A stretch of DNA of 63,594 nt, filler included, from Phoronis australis (Eukaryota > Animalia > Phoronida): the NCBI GenBank assembly GCA_002633005.1. It is 5 parts of 5 records of this genome, joined end to end, with 100 filler letters (N's around TTAATTAATTAA, not from the genome) between each part and the next. Parts side by side here need not be neighbours in the genome. Positions count along the whole stretch, not along the records: positions 1 to 14,127 come from NMRA01001278.1; positions 14,228 to 23,192 come from NMRA01001856.1; positions 23,293 to 27,884 come from NMRA01000532.1; 2 more parts are not named here. One strand, written 5' to 3'. The number at the start of each line of letters is the position of its first letter. The stretch's first letter is position 1. The position numbers and the translations under genes were made by a program. This document shows, piece after piece, positions 13,601 to 27,118 of the stretch. The notes under the pieces were generated by a model, which was not told where the DNA came from, ran no database searches, and saw only the letters and a list, made by a program, of their open reading frames with translations.

Positions 13601-14127
13601 GACATGATGTGGAATGACACTAAGAGAAAATGATGCTATTGTTTTTGAATGGAAATACTTTTGACACATCTTATTGGTTGCTATTTTCAGGATGATGAAT
13701 CGTATTGGCTGTTACGTGTGCATTTCTCACTTGAAGCTTTCGTTTTTTCCTTATAAGGAGTTTTGTTGGTTGTGACCTTATGACCCCATCAAGGCCCCTG
13801 ACAAAATTTAAGTAAACTTTGCAACCAATATGACATTGTCTTTTGGAATAAATTCTATAACCTGAGCCTGAAAATCATTACTTCCATCAATATTATGACC
13901 TTGCTGCCATTGCCGATGAGAAAATTTTATGAAAACCCTCGATTTAAGAAAGAGTCGTTAAACCATGAAGGAGTTTCAAACACAAAAATTTTTTTTTGGT
14001 TTTATAATCTTCATACATGTTTCATTATGTGAGAAAAAATTCAATATCATTGTAAACTGCAGACATTGGTTTTTCGGGTGCCAAAAATGGCTGAAGAAAT
14101 GCGTTACTTAACTGAAACTGCTTTTTA
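10692..14127 (+). mobile_element. Sola2-type DNA transposon derivative with fold-back structure, right end lost in a gap
   Basis: GGG terminus (GGGTCATTCCACATGAAATCACCCA at 10692). 11213-11786 is the reverse complement of 13555-14127. Transposase motif AQSKYLAE.KGNF.VDTAIV.LDFAESY.IVQDAVQGFHW.NSQ.SLHPF.VYY lies at 13300-13558 (-), with its start duplicated at 13241-13303 (+). Confidence 0.8.
12416..13218 (+). mobile_element. 5'-truncated non-LTR retrotransposon retaining the C-terminal RNase HI domain (I-group, Ingi/Nimb-like; clade uncertain)
   Basis: One frame 12418-13191 with a single TAG (12838-12840) reads NREAREWPPG...IDGS...GWGY...SSTRMEFEAI...FATDS...VPGHAGV..NERADYLA, the RNase HI D-E-D-D pattern. 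Exact 12-bp TSD GTTAACACTATT at 12404-12415 and 13219-13230, with a short TAT tail. Confidence 0.85.
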
Positions 14128-14227
14128 NNNNNNNNNNNNNNNNNNNNNNNNNNNNNNNNNNNNNNNNNNNNTTAATTAATTAANNNNNNNNNNNNNNNNN
14201 NNNNNNNNNNNNNNNNNNNNNNNNNNN

Positions 14228-16885
14228 TATTAGGTGAATGAATGATGTCTCAAAGTTAGCCGAGTTCAAGGTTCTCATACGCTTCAAACACTCTTCCTTC
14301 AGCAATGTTCTGTCCACACAAATGCAGTTTTCGGACGCATCCGAAAAGGTTACGGTGTGACGCCTTATCTCCGAGTAGAAGACAAAGACGGTCAGGTTCA
14401 CTCATCCTCATCGTGTCGAAGTCTTGCGTGACTTCCTTAAGGACCCCGACAATATCTTGAATCGAGTTGTCAGCAGCTACCTTAGCTGTCAGAATTGACG
14501 CAGCAATACAAAAGGGAGATGGACGTAACTGAAGAATCGATGTTTTGGACCGATAGAGAGGCCTTCTTATAGTACATACATAACACAGACAAAAGATTCA
14601 AGACATGTTTAGCTAATTGAATGGAAGTTATCAATCAAGGAACTATAGCCCAACAATGGAAGCACATAAAAGGCCAGATGAACCCTGGAAACGATGCTTC
14701 AAGAGGTTTATCTGCTGACAAACTCCTGTCCAACAACAGGTGGTTGACAGGACCCGATTTCTTGAGAAAACCAGCTGTCCAGTGACCATGCAACAAAGTC
14801 ACTGAGATTACACTCTGAAGACGATCCCGAGGTAAAGACAGCAACCAAGGTGTTTTCACAAAAACTTGCAGACTCTCACCCGATTCTTGAGGTTATTCAG
14901 TGATGCTCATCGTGGACACAGGCTAAGAGAGTGATTTCCTGGGTGAAGAGATTCATAAACCGAATCGCAGGCAAGACAGTGGAAATTGGTTCTTTGGTGC
15001 CAGAGGAATTGAATGATGCCGAAAATCTCATTTTGTTCAGCGACATCAATTCCCAGATGAACTGGCAGACCTTTCTCAGCCAAGTGATATTGGTGGGAAG
15101 ACAGTGGTTAAGAAGGAAGTGCAGAAGTATCCGTAACTTAGAACCAGTCTTGGTAGATGGTCTGTTGAAAGTCGGTGGTAGATTGAATCGTACCCACTTT
15201 TCCGAAAGCGTGAAGCCTCAGATTATTCTACCAAAGTACGACCATGTGACAACTTTTGATTATCCGCCATTTTCACGACGTCTCCGGACACATAGGCAGG
15301 GATTACACCATAGCCAAACTTTGTGAAAGGTTGTGGGTTATACATACAAGTGCCTCTGTTTCAAGTGCAGAAGACACAACGCTAACCCAGTGCAAAAATG
15401 GCAGATCTACCGAATGAGCGATTCGTGACTGACAAGCTCCCGTTTTCATCAGTCGGGCTAGACCACTTCGGCCTCTTTTATATGAAACAAGGCAGAAGTT
15501 CTGTAAAGATGTACGGGTGCATATTCACGTGCCTGACCAGTCGGGCAATACATTTTGAAGTATCAGTTTTCTTAGATTCAGACTCATTTATCAGTACTTT
15601 TGAGACGATTTATTTCCCGACGTGGTTACCCAGAAGTCATCCACAGTGGCAATGGAACCAATTTAGTGGGGGGAGAAAGGGAGCTCAAAGAGTCGCTCTG
15701 CAAGTTCACTTAAGAAGCGATCTCACGATTTGTCCCACAGAAAGTACATGCGCGCACCCTTCAATATGGGGGGCTCGAATTCCTGACGTTCTGGACCTTT
15801 TGCTAACAAAAGAGCGGGTGGACTAAAAAACATGGAAGTACCACTTTGAATTGCGTGTTTGCGCTTATTTAGTGGACTTTTGTCCCATTTTCTTGGACTT
15901 TTTGTCTCTCAGGGGCGGACCTTTTTGCCCACTTCGCCAAATGGGGGGTTCATNGTGTGCGTGCATGAAGTATCAGGTGGATTTTTAATTCGCCCACTGT
16001 ATATTATTGGGGAGGTTTATAGGACGGGTGCATTCATAAGGTGAGGAAAGTGCTCTGGATTTTACTGCAAGATCAGACACTGACAGCTGAAAGTCTGAAT
16101 GATGTGCGAGACAATTCATACTGGATTTAAGGCCAATCACCTGCATGTCAGACCACCCAAGAAACCTTGAGCCCCTGACACCCAATCATATCCTCATGTT
16201 GCAGGCTAGCACTAATTACCCACCTGGAATCTCCGAAAGGAAGGACATCTATCTGATGCGTAGATGGGGTGAAGCTCAATATTTGGGTGATCAATTTTGG
16301 AAGAGATGGGGTAGAGAGTATTTACCCACCTTACAAGTTCGTCAAAAATGGTTGAAGCAACAAAGAAATGTGCAAGTCAACGATGTTGTCATACTAGTCG
16401 ACAAAACTGCTCCTAGAGGTAACTGACCATTGGCTCGCGTCGTTGAAGCGTACCCAGGCAGCGATGGTCTTGTTTGCAAGGTCAAAGTGAAACGCACAGT
16501 TTTCGGAACTCGGAAGACCTGTATCTAAGTGCGTTCTGTTGGAAGGTTCTGTGTAGGTGGATTGTTGTGCTGACATGTGTTATGTGGAACGACATACTTT
16601 AGTGATGCTATTAGTTAAATGCTTTAAAATTCCTTTAAGGTGGTGGATGTAGAGATCTCTCGGTCACTTAAGTTATTACCCAGTAACGTGCTGCCATCTT
16701 GTGGCAATTCTTGCAAGTGCCTTTCGGGACTGTCATCTGAAGCAGTTTTTTGTGAAGACGAAAAGACAGTGTGATGAGAAAGTTGTTTGACAAAACAAGT
16801 TAAGCTTGATCAAGTTACAGTTTTTTAAGTCTGAGACATGTCTAAACCCAGCGACCCATTGTTGTGAAGGCGTTTAGACAATACA
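14228..16885 (+). mobile_element. Decayed BEL/Pao LTR retrotransposon (RNase H, integrase, C-terminal domain, PPT, 3' LTR)
   Basis: Motifs FSDASEK..GY, YLRVE, IELSAATLA, FWTD, QWKHIKG.MNPG.DASRGL, MADLP.ERF, PFSSVGLDHFG, YGCIFTCLTSRAIHFEV, PLTPNHIL and FWKRWGREYLPTLQ.RQKW. Purine-rich AAGGTGGTGGA precedes TGT at 16648; candidate LTR end ACA at 16885. Many stops and frameshifts. Confidence 0.92.
15747..15967. mobile_element. CA...TG MITE inserted in the BEL integrase, 5-bp TSD
   Basis: Termini CATGCGCGCAC / GTGTGCGTGCATG. AAGTA is duplicated at 15742-15746 and 15968-15972. Removing it rejoins the upstream integrase to its IRWIFNSP...WGG motif. Confidence 0.8.
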
Positions 16886-16936
16886 GATCAAGATCAAGTT
16901 ACTAAAAGGTTTTATTTCTACACATACCTACTACTG

Positions 16937-17286
16937 CACAATCCCCATACAACAAAGTATTCTATCATAAATTCCCCATAAAACAAAGTACTCTATCATC
17001 CAATCCCCTTACAACGTACATTACCATGCAATCCCCATACAACAAAATACATATTATCCAATCCCCATACAACAAAGTACACTATCACCTAATCCCTACA
17101 AAACAAAGTACACTATCATCCAATCCCCACACAACAAAGTTCTCTATCATCCAATTCCCATACAACAAAATTATCTACCATCCAATCCCTACAAAACAAA
17201 GTACACAATCATCCAATCCCCATACAAAATAGTACACAATCATCCAATCCCCATACAAAATAGTACCCTATCATCCAATCCCCATA
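16937..17286. repeat. Minisatellite with ~30-bp unit, about 11-12 copies
   Basis: Consensus approximately ATCCAATCCCCATACAACAAAGTACACTATC, repeated head to tail. Confidence 0.9.
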
Positions 17287-20200
17287 TAGTCCAGTCATTC
17301 TAGGGCTCCGGAGGGCCCAACCTAGAAAAAATTGCAACAGAAGGGTTTTTGCATAAATGGCATCTTCAAACATCTTTTGGTGCCAGAAAAAAAGTCTACC
17401 GAAATCGGAGTGGCGGAAGTTGTTTTTTCAAGATGGCGAAAAACATGGCCGCCTAAACCGGTGTTTACTGCTTTCTGGCATGTCACTCATATGTAACAGC
17501 TGCAAATAAAAACCAATAGTTTGTCATTGATTTTATACTGTTCGCAACAGTACCAATCAAAAGATGACAATTTTCCGTGAAAGAAAACCAATATGGCCGA
17601 CAAAAAGGCGGCCGAAACGGCAATTTGGTACATGTTGTAAGATTTCTTTTTATATCTTGCCCTGAAAATGGCAAAATTTTTATTCTTTTGTAAGTTAGAC
17701 TATTGAAAATATCTGGACCTTACAATTGGTCACTAGTGGGGCTATTCGGAAAATTTACATTAACTAGAGGGCGCGCGTGTACTAGTGGTGATAGATTAAC
17801 AGCCTCGCTTTCGCGAGCTCGTTAAATACATGGTGAAATGGCTTGTAGGCGTGCCAACTGAATCTGAGATTGCGTGAAAAGGGTGCTTCTATGAGAGAAA
17901 GTAAGCACGACTTTATACAAAGGTAAGGTTTGTGATTATTTTAACGATTATTCCATGTTTATTCTACTGATGCCTGTTAACTGAGATACTCGCCGATGTC
18001 GACTTCGCGACAGTCGCCAGTCGGGTTAATCTTTGTTTGTTGTGATGCGTGTTACGATACTTGACGTAGCACTCGGATCTTATGTCTTCCAGAAATTTAT
18101 TACACGTTGAAATGAAAATCTGTCATGTCTGTTTTCACGTGACCTTTGGTATTTAGCTGTGAGGGCTTCTACCGTGCAGAGGAGATATGCATCGCTTCTG
18201 CTTCGACCCTGAATGGACAAAGTAAGTAGTTGACTGCAGTTTACCAGCAAGTTCTTCCCATCCAGTGTAGATCTGTTGTTAAAGCCTACTTTCTTCATCG
18301 GAGTCAACGAACAAGCTTTGTTACTCCTTTCTGTTCCCACATTATTTCCACACACCATTAGTACTGCATGGCACAATGTACATGTCAGTGACCCTGGTGA
18401 AATGTGAATCGCAGTACGAAGTTGCCATAAGACAACGTGTTGTTTGTGTATGAAGAGGAACTATATCTGACTGCTCAGCCTCGTTGGTGAGGATGGCCTT
18501 TCATAGGCAATAAGTCATGTGCGGACAATAGCTTATTTCCTTTCCTGGAAGAAACATGCTGGATTGAAGCTAAAGAAGACGTAGTGACACTCTGGTCTAG
18601 TTCGGGGTCAGATTTTGGGCACAAAACGAGTGAAGTGATATGCTGTTGTGTTTACCTTCATGGATCTAATTGAGGCTGAATGAGGTTACCTGGAGGAAAG
18701 CCACGTGCCGAAACTGGACTTTTTCAAGTTTTACAAGCGCTTCTATAGGCTATTGAAACTAGATCTCTGTGAAATGAAAACCAAAAGCATCTGGTATAAA
18801 TACCTGTCGTTTCTCACTGAGTGGCATTAACTTTTCCTTTCAGAAGAAAGGCTTTATACTAATGAAACTTTTCAATTTGGTACACATTATGGGGAAATGA
18901 CATTCAGTGACTGCATCGATTGTCTTATTGTCAGTAGAAAGCCCGTTAATGTTACACTTTGATGATCGAATAAATTTTTCATCGACAGGCAACTTAATTA
19001 TTGAAACCACAATATTTCCTCAGTTATAAAGCCCCACACATTGCAGCTGTGGTTATTCTTTATAAAGCTGAAATGATTACCGATTACGCTTGCCAATTGT
19101 CATTTTCCTGTTGACCTCTAGAAATGTGCAGCGATCAAAATGAAGTATTCCCTTAGTTTGCATTCGATTTGTTTGTGTGTGTAATTATTTTTAGAGCTTT
19201 CGTAAGAAGGCTTTTGAACAATTTTAAGTTTTGTGTTAACTTGTCTACAACAAAAGTTCCACGTGCAAGAAAAGTATATAAAGAAACAACATTGTTAAAA
19301 ACAATTGTAATTTTCCCACGAAATGGAGTCCATAGTCAGGCATATCAACGGCTGAATTTCTGAATTTTGTTCAATTCTCTCAGGTTAATGCTGAAGGATT
19401 GCTTTTCATTTTGTCCAAAGGTAAAATAGACGGTCAGGCGTCTGGTTTCAGTCGTTTTCTCTCACCTGTAACAGAATAGCGAGAAATATTAACAAATTAT
19501 GAAAGAAAACACAAGACAAAACTACTTTAGTAAGGCAAAACATACTTGACATTTCATCTTCATGTTAAGGTATGTAGAAACTAATAATCTTTGTACCCAA
19601 GTCTTATTTAAGATCTGAATTAAACTATGTGAAACAGGCTAAAAGTGATTTAATAATGAGTATTTTTCACGACACCTAAAATGTGCATCTGACCTCAACA
19701 AGTAAAATTCATTCTAGGTGTCAATTTTTATTCCAATGCAGTGTTATGACGTTTACTGAATAGCTTATTCATGTTAATTCAGTAACTAATCTGGTAGTCC
19801 TGGGGGTGGAGTCTGTCATAAAATAAGGAAATTCACTCCTCTAGAGAATTTTATTGGACTTAGCATAGCTTTGAAGAGAAGCTGCTGTGAAAAAGTCACC
19901 ATTGACTTCTGAGCGTTACGCACCATACACCTCTTACATTGGGCGCATTCCCACCCCTGGAGGCCAATATGTGAATATGTGCTGCTAGCCTACCCGGCAT
20001 CCGAGGCCTGGGTGAGTTTCCGAAAAGAAACACTCAGTTCCATTCAATAAACCCGTTATTCAGTGGGGTAACTGGTGGGGATAACATCACCGAACAATGT
20101 CGATAGAAACTTGATTGCTAAAAAATTACCAAATTACGTTATTTTAATGTAGTCTCCCAAAGGTGCTTCGGCATCCACACACTTTTTGTTAGTTGGTTGA

Positions 20201-23192
20201 CCCTTTTGACCGCAATGCTCCACGAATGTAGTAACCTTAAGTCTTTTGGTGATTTGTGTCCACCTGTCGAAGACTTGCACCGGGGAAAATAGCAATAATA
20301 AGGCTTTGCGCGACGACGTATTTTGATAACAATCCGTCTTTTTACCAGTTGTTTACATGCAGACGGCGACGCATGCGCAATTCAATCACCACTAGTACAG
20401 CAGCGACACCGCGAGGAGAAATCTCCGAATAGCCCCGTTGGAGAGAAAAAAATCAAGATGGCTGACAAGATGGCCGCCAGAATGGCAGCCAATTTACAAA
20501 ACCCCAATTTAAAGCATTTACGTTCTGCAAACTTTGTTTGCAACCTGATAGGCATTTACACAAAAACATTTTACAATCTACAGTCAGGGTTAATGAGTTG
20601 ATTGTTTCTATAATTTGTTTTTCAGATTTAGATACTAAATGTGGAATTTTAATCACATTTTAGATTACATAACATAAAATTTGTTGTGTTTTCAGATAAG
20701 GCTAGGTTAAATTTTCATAATAAATTTCACACACTCAAATCTTTTTCTATAAAATATATTCATTTGAGGTGTCAAAAATAATAAGTCTTAGAAAAATATG
20801 AAATTCTGGTGGAGTTATTGGCTTATTCATTACACAAACCCTGAATAAAATTGGGCAGGAAGTGGCTTTTTTCTCTGCTACTGGAGATATTACTAGATGT
20901 TTCCAAGCAATAATTTCGTCTGCTGCTGGCATTTGTTGAGAATTTGGCTGTTGATTTCATCTGAATTTGATCAAAAGCAAATAAAATTGTGTAACAAAAA
21001 GTTAATTAAATTTTAACATTTAGGACTCACAATTTGTTTAATATGCATGCTTTTTATTGACATAGGTAACTGATTTTAGAGGAAATTAGTGCCAGCAAAC
21101 AAAATGACAGTGATCTGCAGTCACTTGTTATTTGCCAGGCTTGGCAGATTTCATACCGAGATGAGTTTTCTGGGATGTATTGGATATGTAATGTCAGGCA
21201 CAGGGCTTCAAGAAGTTCTTGAGACGGTGCATGCATCAAACAGTGTGATCCTTATGTCCCACTTCCAAATATTGACAGATCAAGTATCGTCAATCCAGAA
21301 CCAATGAAGAAAGAAGTTCCGGTTCTTCAGAAATTCCAAGCGTCCCGAATGTCACCAACGAAGAACACACAGATTCCGTGCCAAGAGGGGGAGCAATTCA
21401 ATGCTTGTACACCAATGTTGGCTTGTTAGAATATGGAGACAGATTCTTCAGACATCCCAACTGATCACATATTTAGATGTATACGCTGGGGCATGCAATG
21501 TACAGCCAGTGTCTTCCGATTCTGAACCTTGAATTACAGTGGAATACCCTCACGAGAATTCACTTCTGGCTTCCGACCTACTGCCACTGGTATATTCAAA
21601 CACCGTGGCGACTGAATCAGAGTATCTAGGTCTTCAGAATTCGCAGTGACAGAGAATAGTTCGTCAGAAGAATCAATGGCCAGTGGTATACTTGATGATC
21701 ATTTGAGAGGTGATACTTGCAGCAGACGCAGCAACTCAGACACCCGTCATAAGACAAAGTGACTGATTTTGAGCTGGCTTGTCTTATGATCTTGTAATTG
21801 AACAAACGCTCATGAAAAGTATTAAAGCACCAGGAGCTTTAACTAGAGGTTGCAAAATAGGAGATACGCAGAGTGCACCGTGGCTGCTTTCCTTGCCGGC
21901 ATGCTCAAGTATAAATGGTGCCATGCAGATTGTGACAAACTTGAGTTGTGAAACGTGTCAGCAGCATAAAAAATTACCCAGGCAAGACAGTCGCGTGACG
22001 ACAAAGACATCCGCAGCGTTGTTGAATTCCTCCACAACAGAAACCCATTTTAAAGAGAAACATTACAGAACATCGTCACTGCTGTGACTGCAGGCACTCG
22101 CGTCAATGCCAAAAATGGCAGAGAAGTGGGGATGACGATTCGCCTGTCTATGGAGGGGTCAAGTGTGAAAGACTTCACATTTAGAAAGAAGGACAAGGTT
22201 GTGGCAATGACAAGTGAAGCAGTTCATGTTGCTAATGTGATTTTACACAAGTGGATCCACGACTGCTACTTCAGCGAATCCTGACAGCTGCAAAAGACAA
22301 CAGTAAAAGTTCATGAAGCCTTTTGAAGTTTGAGCTGTGTGTTGGTTCCCCTGCTCTATTTGATACATCTGGTCTTCCCAGATTCTCTAATAAATCAATA
22401 TTAGCTGATGCAATTTGGTCCAGCGGGGGACTACCTGAGGATTTCAGTTTCCAGAAAACACGCTGATTTATGTAATCGACTGTGGTTATCTCCTTAACCG
22501 TATTCCATGGCCTAGAGGTGCAACGTTTCAGTCGTTTGGCAGAGCTTATGTGGATTACATCAGCAAGTACACCCAGTCTACTGTTGTTTTGATGGTTACT
22601 GAGATGAACCATCAACTAAAGATGTTTCTCATGGTCCAACTACCCTTATTGCAGACGATACAGACTTGTTGGTCGTTTTGTGTTACCTTGCTACTTCACA
22701 ACAATTTCCAATGTTCATGATATTTGACAAGAGGCACCAAAGCAAGAGGAGAGTCTGGGACATCAAGAAACTACAGTTGTCTCTTGGAGCCGAAACTTGC
22801 GCAGTTTTGACATTTGCGCATGTAAAGGCTCTCCCATTCAAGAAACTGCCTGATCGAGAATTCTGAGAAAACGCTAGAGTATTCACCAGACCTATGCAGC
22901 TGAAGCAAGATACATTTGAAGCTGGTAAGAGTTGTGTCCATGCTTTGTGGCGGTACTGGCTCTGGAAATTTGGATGACATGCGATGCAAGCGATTTGTAG
23001 ATGAGGTGTCAGATTAGCTCCAGCCCAAATACAGTCATTACCACCAACTTTCTTCAGTAGCTAAATTCCGTTGTGCCGGGGCATATTATCAAGAGCAAGA
23101 GTGGTAAGTTTCCGTGGCAGTGGCCTAGACTCGCTGTATTGGGGACAGATGCTGGCAGGTGGAAAATTCATTCCCACAACGACGGACCAGTT
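17287..23192 (+). mobile_element. Decayed Academ DNA transposon (transposase plus XPG-like nuclease region), right end lost in a gap
   Basis: TAGTCCAG terminus at 17287 and subterminal (A)AGATGGC/ATGGCCGCC repeats. Motifs RLGRFHTEMSFLGCIGYVMSGTGLQEVL (21137-21220), GLSYDLVIEQTLMKSIK..GALTRG (~21775-21850), FELC..SPALFD, IADDTDLLVVL (~22648-22680) and LPPT....RAY.Q.QEW (~23040-23105). Interrupted by 17738-20436. Confidence 0.85.
17738..20436 (+). mobile_element. Unclassified non-autonomous TIR element (GGGGCTATTCGGA family), complete copy nested in Academ
   Basis: TIRs GGGGCTATTCGGA / TCCGAATAGCCCC. GT on both flanks (17736-17737 and 20437-20438). Interior is homologous in reverse orientation to 48647-51871, 31640-32439 and 58751-59412. 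Confidence 0.85.
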
Positions 23193-23443
23193 NNNNNNNN
23201 NNNNNNNNNNNNNNNNNNNNNNNNNNNNNNNNNNNNTTAATTAATTAANNNNNNNNNNNNNNNNNNNNNNNNNNNNNNNNNNNNNNNNNNNNAATGACAA
23301 TCAGGTTCTTAGAATTTTTTGATCATTTCTATTTTGTTGTAAAGGGAATTGTGGGGCCCAGTTGCATAAAAGTTATCCTCCGCGTTGCAACAGTGAAGTC
23401 GCGTTACCACACACCACATTGTTATTGTTGAACAATGCGCCTG

Positions 23444-23844
23444 GGCCCGGTCTCCAATCTTTTTACTCGAAATGGAACTCGAAATTAGGTTTGGCATTTT
23501 CTACTCTACTTTTGGGCGAACTCAAGATAAGTGTCTATTATTCTATGCTCGAGTACACAATAACTTACGTAGATAATTTATTGCCCTTAGTTCACAGTTT
23601 CTAAACCCAATATTAAAGCAATAAGTTCGAGTTTGAACTTGAAATTTCGAGTTTTTACTCGAGTTTGTAGCACAAATATAAGGGTCTTCAAGGCCAAACT
23701 TGAACTAGAAACTCCTATGCATAAACTACAATGTATTCGAGCACGGTCTGATAACCAATTATCTTAAGTTCTCACAAAAGGAGCAGAGCAATTGCCAAAA
23801 ATAGTTTCGAGTTCGTTTCGAGTACAAAGATTAGAGACCGGGCC
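23444..23844 (+). mobile_element. PIF/Harbinger-like MITE
   Basis: TIR GGCCCGGTCTC.AATCTTT, CTG on both flanks (3-bp TSD), internal (A)ACTCGA repeats. Inverted second copy at 27119-27537. Confidence 0.8.
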
Positions 23845-25852
23845 CTGATATCACTCAAAAATCAAATTTTTCCAGCGGACAATTTTGAAGTTTTATGCAA
23901 CCTACAGTGTAGTCCTGGTGTACAGTTGCTGTTATAAAAATTTTAGGTCTAATCCTCCATTTGTGAGTTTAGTGTGCATTTAAATAGCATTTTCCGTTGC
24001 CAGTTATACCCAGCATGATGTATGATAGTAGAGTTATAGTGTTTCCACATTCCGGCATTTAAATGTACTGTATGACTTAATATTCTCAAAGCAATAACTC
24101 GTAGCATTATGCGGTCTTGTAGTCAGCGCTCACTGCAGTTGAAGGTGCAATCAATCTACCACTGTGCTTATCTCTCGGTCTATTTGTGAAACTGGAGTAC
24201 CATACCTTGTTGTTTTAGATACTTGTTTACTTCTCTGTTTTTATTGTTAGTGTATTTATTGTGAATTAGACTAAATCTATGATGTAATACTCACTCTTGT
24301 GTTTGTTTTAGTCAGTGACATTGTTTTGTTAATAAAACTAATGTCAGTTCTTCTATGATTAAGAAGATGTGTTTTGCACCCAAAATTTGCGTGGAGTTAT
24401 TTGGTTGAAAGGGAACAGCTAGACAGTGTATTTCTCATTTAAAATGTACACTGTAGTGAATTGACGGAAAAGTCTCCTTCAGGAAATTATGTTTGTCATT
24501 CTCCATGTCGTTTTTAAAGGTGGCTACTCTTTCTAGTTAAACATTTTCTTCCAATAACATTTGAGCATTAGGAACGGGGGGTGGCAAAAGTTGGAAGCGG
24601 AAGTGGATTTGTGCAGTAGATGGATTGCCATGGATCCAAAAACTCTGGATGGTTCTGATTTTCGTTGGTATTGTCATTGATCAAAATTCAAAATTGCATC
24701 AGATTTGTTTATCTCAGACCCTGCCATGCACGTGACATTTCGTTAGTGGGTGAAAATCTCACTACATGTTGATTTGTTTCTAGCTCGTAAGCCCCATACG
24801 GGAATTTTTCATTTTTCCCTGGCTTTTCACATTGTAATTGATATAGCTTAGAGACTTTAAAGCGATGGAAGCCATTTTTGTTGGCGAGATATCGACTTGC
24901 CAAAACACATGCAAGTGAAAAGCGGAGAGCAACTATTACCTACCGTATTAAATTTATGAAACATGTTAGTTGGTCCAGAAGCTAATCTTCGAACCCTGCA
25001 AAATCGGACTGACCCGAAATTTAAGCAGGCGCGTTGCATGATTACAGTGCAAATGCGTAAGTTTAGTTAAAGCGTGGCATGCAATAGGTTGAGTTTCGCC
25101 GCACATAGATCTCCGGGGCCCTGGACTCTTGAGCAATTGTTTTTTGATTGCCAGTAGGTGAATTGTTGGCTAATGTTACTTGTGACCTCAAAATGAGTTT
25201 CATCAATCGAGAGACATCATGATAATAGAAATCAGTATTTCGTAAGTTACAATTCTGCAGGTATTTACTTTTTATGGCAATTCTTCAAGGAGGAAGCTCA
25301 ATGGACTTCAACTGTGGTGGCCATTTTGGTGGTGCGCTACCAGCAACTTCGAAATTATTTTGAAAATTCGATGTTGAATGCCGTACACTTCAGTATCAAC
25401 ATTAAATAGCCTGTTAGTTTGTTAACTAGTTTTCACTAAACTGGCAGTTTGCGGTCTAATTCGTTTCAGTTTAAGTTTTCAACTGAAAAGGAGCCCGTGA
25501 AGTAGCCTTCGTGACATTGTGACATCGCCACGAGAACTACATGTACACATGCATCAGAAAACTGACCGAAGGAAGCAGGCCCGTGACGGACTAATGTTTA
25601 CACACTATTATGTATGTCGTCACTACATCAAATTTATGTACTGATGGTATGCATTTGAACTTGAACGCGCTGTAGAAAAAAAGTAGAACCCAGTGAGAAT
25701 GAAAATTCATGAATGGCTAACGAACCCATTTTAGCAGAAGCCATGAGGATATGGTACGGCGGTTTCGTATACCCCATTATGGCGTTTCTGTTTCGCCTCG
25801 CCAATGCAGGCCTGTTGTTCTTTTTCGCTCAACCCTACTGTAATACTGTGAG

Positions 25853-26018
25853 CAGTGGCGGATCTAAGGGTGGTCAAGGGAGCCATAGGCCCCTCTCCCT
25901 AAAATTTTCCCAAATTTCATTTGACAGTTCGGGAGTGCGAATGCCTGAAGGGCAAAATCCTGGCTAATACTTTGCCCTGACCCCACCCGCCCAACTCAAA
26001 ATCCTCTATCCGCCCCTG
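25853..26018. mobile_element. CA...TG MITE with 5-bp TSD
   Basis: Termini CAGTGGCGGAT / ATCCGCCCCTG. GTGAG is duplicated at 25848-25852 and 26019-26023. Reverse-orientation relatives at 34038-34196 and 37744-37891. Confidence 0.85.
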
Positions 26019-26730
26019 GTGAGTTCAAGATTTGCGGGTAAGTAAACGCATTGAACAAACGCGAGGTTGCTTCAATTTGTAATGAAGAAGGGTTGAAGTT
26101 TCGCGCTCTGTTTAGATTATTATCGAACATACTAGAATCCGAGGTACGCCTCATTTAAAAAAGAGTGACTATCCGGCATAAAAACGTTCTCAAGATTCGA
26201 TGAGCACCTTTCGCAATATTATGTGGCTATGCACCCCAAGGGGTTCCGGTTAACGATTGATAGAATTCCACATACAGTACATGCACATACAGCAGACATT
26301 TATAGGGGCATATACCGCAAGCAACGCAAATTTACGTGTCTAGATCAGTGGCTTGGGGATATCATTGAGCATTACTATGAGTAGAAAACTCTGTCGTAGC
26401 CGCCACTCTTGGCTGAAAAGTGGATGAAAGGCATCGGAAATTTCGGAGCTCATGGGTTACGAAATCCATATGGTTCCATTTTAATACATAAGTGCAATTT
26501 CCTACGCCGACTCCCGGTCCATCACATCAAGTTAGGCCGAAATTGCTGAGGTACCGACGACGGGCCACTACTGAAGTCTCATAATGACCAGGCAGACGCC
26601 AGGGTAACTTCAGTTCACTTACTGAAGTACACGTTCTACTTCAAAAACGTCGACGATTTGTCCAGCACCGTGGAAGCCAGTGGTTGTTTGTGCGCGCGCA
26701 TGACCTGTGCTTGTACGGTCAAGTGCAATT

Positions 26731-26900
26731 CCCGTTACGAAAAATTCCCGCAATGATAGGATTTCCCGATTGGATTCTTATGAGGAATTCCAATATCCTG
26801 TAGGATTTCCTATTGCATCCTATAGGAAGTCCTTTAAGATATCCTATAGGAAACCCTAAGGAATTCTTATAAGACTTTCAAGAAATCCATAGGATTTTCC
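26731..26900. mobile_element. Probable EnSpm/CACTA-like transposon end
   Basis: Begins CCCGTTACGAAAAATTCC, followed by an array of short palindromic ATCCTATAGGA-like subterminal repeats. Partner end not found. Confidence 0.45.
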
Positions 26901-27118
26901 AACGATGACATTTTCAATGCATACACAATCACACAACACTCAGCTGTTTTCAACAAAAGAAATTCAACTGGAACACAGGTAACTTCAAAGCTCTATTACA
27001 GCGGTCTGCTCTGTTCTTAAGCAAGGTCGACAGCAGAATATCTATATATGTTACAACGGCCGCCGCCGCCGTCGGATTGGGACACTGCCCGACTGCTGGG
27101 AGAGCCGAATACGGTCAG

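Noticed and set aside
14180-14401. Minus-strand ORF containing FSDASE, suggesting an inverted BEL fragment
   Set aside because: TTTTCGGACGCATCCGAAAA is near-palindromic, so the motif reads on both strands. The surrounding BEL motifs are all on the plus strand.
16937-17286. Regular ~30-bp repeats as a possible CRISPR array (also 28560-28840)
   Set aside because: Head-to-tail degenerate units with no unique spacers, no cas genes and a eukaryotic context.
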